NCBI GenBank assembly: GCA_950097015.1
Contig: CATNEN010000012.1
Coordinates: 1,550,001-1,614,000, forward strand
Length of the DNA stretch: 64,000 nt
Reading direction: 5' to 3'
Source of the DNA: Macrostomum hystrix
Lineage: Eukaryota; Animalia; Platyhelminthes
Below, in pieces: positions 62,346 to 64,000 of this stretch. The number at the start of each line of letters is the position of its first letter. Position 1 is the first letter of the stretch. A program made the position numbers and the translations under genes. Below the pieces are notes generated by a model. The model saw nothing but the letters and a program-made list of their open reading frames with translations, searched no databases and had not been told where the DNA came from.

Positions 62346-63050
62346 GTATGTCCGAATCAGAGTGCTGAGTGATTGTTCAGAATGTGTTCAAAGTGCCTAT
62401 TCTTATTCACTTTACTCTGTCATTCTGTTTGTAGTTTAGCTGATTTAGTGTCTGTCTGTTTGTTCTTTTATTTTATTCGCTAACTAGTGTCACCTTTCTG
62501 TTTTCTATTCTTTGTTTTCTGCTTGGCGATATTGCCTTCTATATTTGAGTTGCCGGGCTAAACTGAAATTAAATCTAAGCCAATCAGAACAAAATTTTAA
62601 TTATATGGCGTGAGGTGGGTTCCTGAAGACAGCCAATAAGAGCCGAGTAACCTAGTCAGTGTAGGGACAGATTCCTGAGGACTAAGTATGTCCGCCTTTA
62701 GTTTAAGCTCGCCTGTTGTCCTGTTATTTTATTAGAGTTTGCTGTACGAATTAATTTCATTGTTTATTTCATAATTTCTTTTAAAACTAATAAGCAAAAT
62801 TATTCGCTAAACTTGTACTGAAAGTAGACGACAATGTCTAGAATTAGTGGCCTGAATTCTCATCTCTCCCCACACTGACTCCCACTGTTCATTCCGTTAA
62901 GTGTTGTATTGCGTGCATACCTGATCTGATAGTTGCTATGGCTTCTAAAATATTATTTTCCTAGATGTTTTTTGCTGCTTAGTTGAGCCACAAGTACTTA
63001 AAAATGCAGTATCACATCGCCTCTGGCGCGAATGAATTTGTATTTTGCAG

Positions 63051-63161
63051 CCCAAACATCGCTGAGCAGAGGCCTGAGCATGATGCGCAGCAGTTTCAGG
63101 CGCGCCAATCACAGTCACATTAGGACTATGCATCGAAGCCACCTTTTCAGTGCTGCTACTG
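63051..63161 (+). CDS. SBF: Candidate 111-nt SBF exon (QTSLSRGLSMMRSSFRRANHS...)
   Basis: TATTTTGCAG acceptor, open in phase 1; the donor GTCGGT is weak. Confidence 0.5.
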
Positions 63162-63859
63162 GTCGGTTGTGCACAACTTATAATAGGCTTTATGTTCATT
63201 TAACGAATGAGAAACCTACTGATCAATACTCACTTCTAGCTAGTAGTCTGTCAGTAACAATTGTAGATATCAATTGCAACAATCAGCACAGATCAATCAC
63301 TGTATTTAATTTGGCTGCTCTCTCTCTCACACAAATGAGTGAATCAGTAATCTAATCCTTGTTGGCTAAATGATAAAAATCTGCACTCCAGCTACATTTA
63401 AATGCAGAGTTTGCTGGTGCAAATATTTATTCTTGCTTTTCGTTTACCGTTACCAACAATACGATATCATTGTTGTCAACCCATGCGTCTGATAAGCCTA
63501 TTTTGAAGACATTTAGCTATTGGCCATTTGCACATCTCTACTTTACCCTTCATTTTCCTTTCCAACCTCGACATCCACCTCAAGCCCTGTAATACCCCGT
63601 TTGTCGCCCACCTCGCGCCATAGCCTTCGTTCATTCACTCGTCTCCCTTCTTATCTATTTTTAGCAACATGTGTACATTGAAGTTTGTACACTGGCTAAG
63701 CTTATCTAAGCTATTCGATTATTTTCCTACCCGTCTTGACACCAACCTCACGCGCGAGTTTTTTATGATCCAAAGTCGTCCCCTGACCCGCTAGTTAGTT
63801 CGGTCTGCTTGCCAAAAATAAAAATGCCATATCCAACCGTAATCTTTGGATCTTCGCAG

Positions 63860-63976
63860 CCGCTACAGTTGCTAACCAATCAGTTCGCGGCAGTCGCCTA
63901 TCGCTGTCGGGCGGCGGTGCCTGGCTTCAGTTAGATGGCAGCCATAGAAGCGCCAGGCACCGTCAGACTATGATGG
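63860..63976 (+). CDS. SBF: Candidate 117-nt SBF exon (ATVANQSVRGSRLSLSGGGAWLQLDG...)
   Basis: TCTTCGCAG acceptor, GC-rich open frame, phase 1-1, donor GTATTT. Confidence 0.5.
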
Positions 63977-64000
63977 GTATTTTGCACTGCACTTTTATTG

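Noticed and set aside
1-64000. tRNA, rRNA or other structured RNA genes; LTR, LINE or TIR transposases
   Set aside because: None recognised by eye. A covariance-model search would be needed to exclude small ncRNAs.

Overview
Eukaryotic (animal) genomic DNA with spliceosomal introns, GC-rich exons carrying polyQ/A/G tracts, and dense minisatellites. The style suggests a flatworm such as Macrostomum, but that is inference only. Three host genes are present. (1) The 3' half of a plasma-membrane Ca2+-ATPase (PMCA, + strand, 517-15645) with at least three alternative terminal exons at the calmodulin-binding splice site C. (2) A complete NELF-A gene (- strand, 22222-26163, 5 exons). (3) Head-to-head with it, the 5' part of an SBF/MTMR5-MTMR13 gene (+ strand, ATG 27147, running off the window). 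SBF intron 5 (33258-53892, 20.6 kb) holds a 16.3-kb head-to-tail train of antisense Helitrons (33316-49650). One is a near-intact autonomous element: a 10-exon gene of about 1787 aa with STPR-like repeats, OTU protease, Zn finger, HUH Rep and PIF1 helicase, broken by one homopolymer frameshift. Two are non-autonomous derivatives whose interiors are mostly minisatellite arrays. Most other large introns hold their own distinct minisatellite, and some appear seeded from adjacent exon or splice-site sequence. All calls come from manual reading and translation; no database searches were run.
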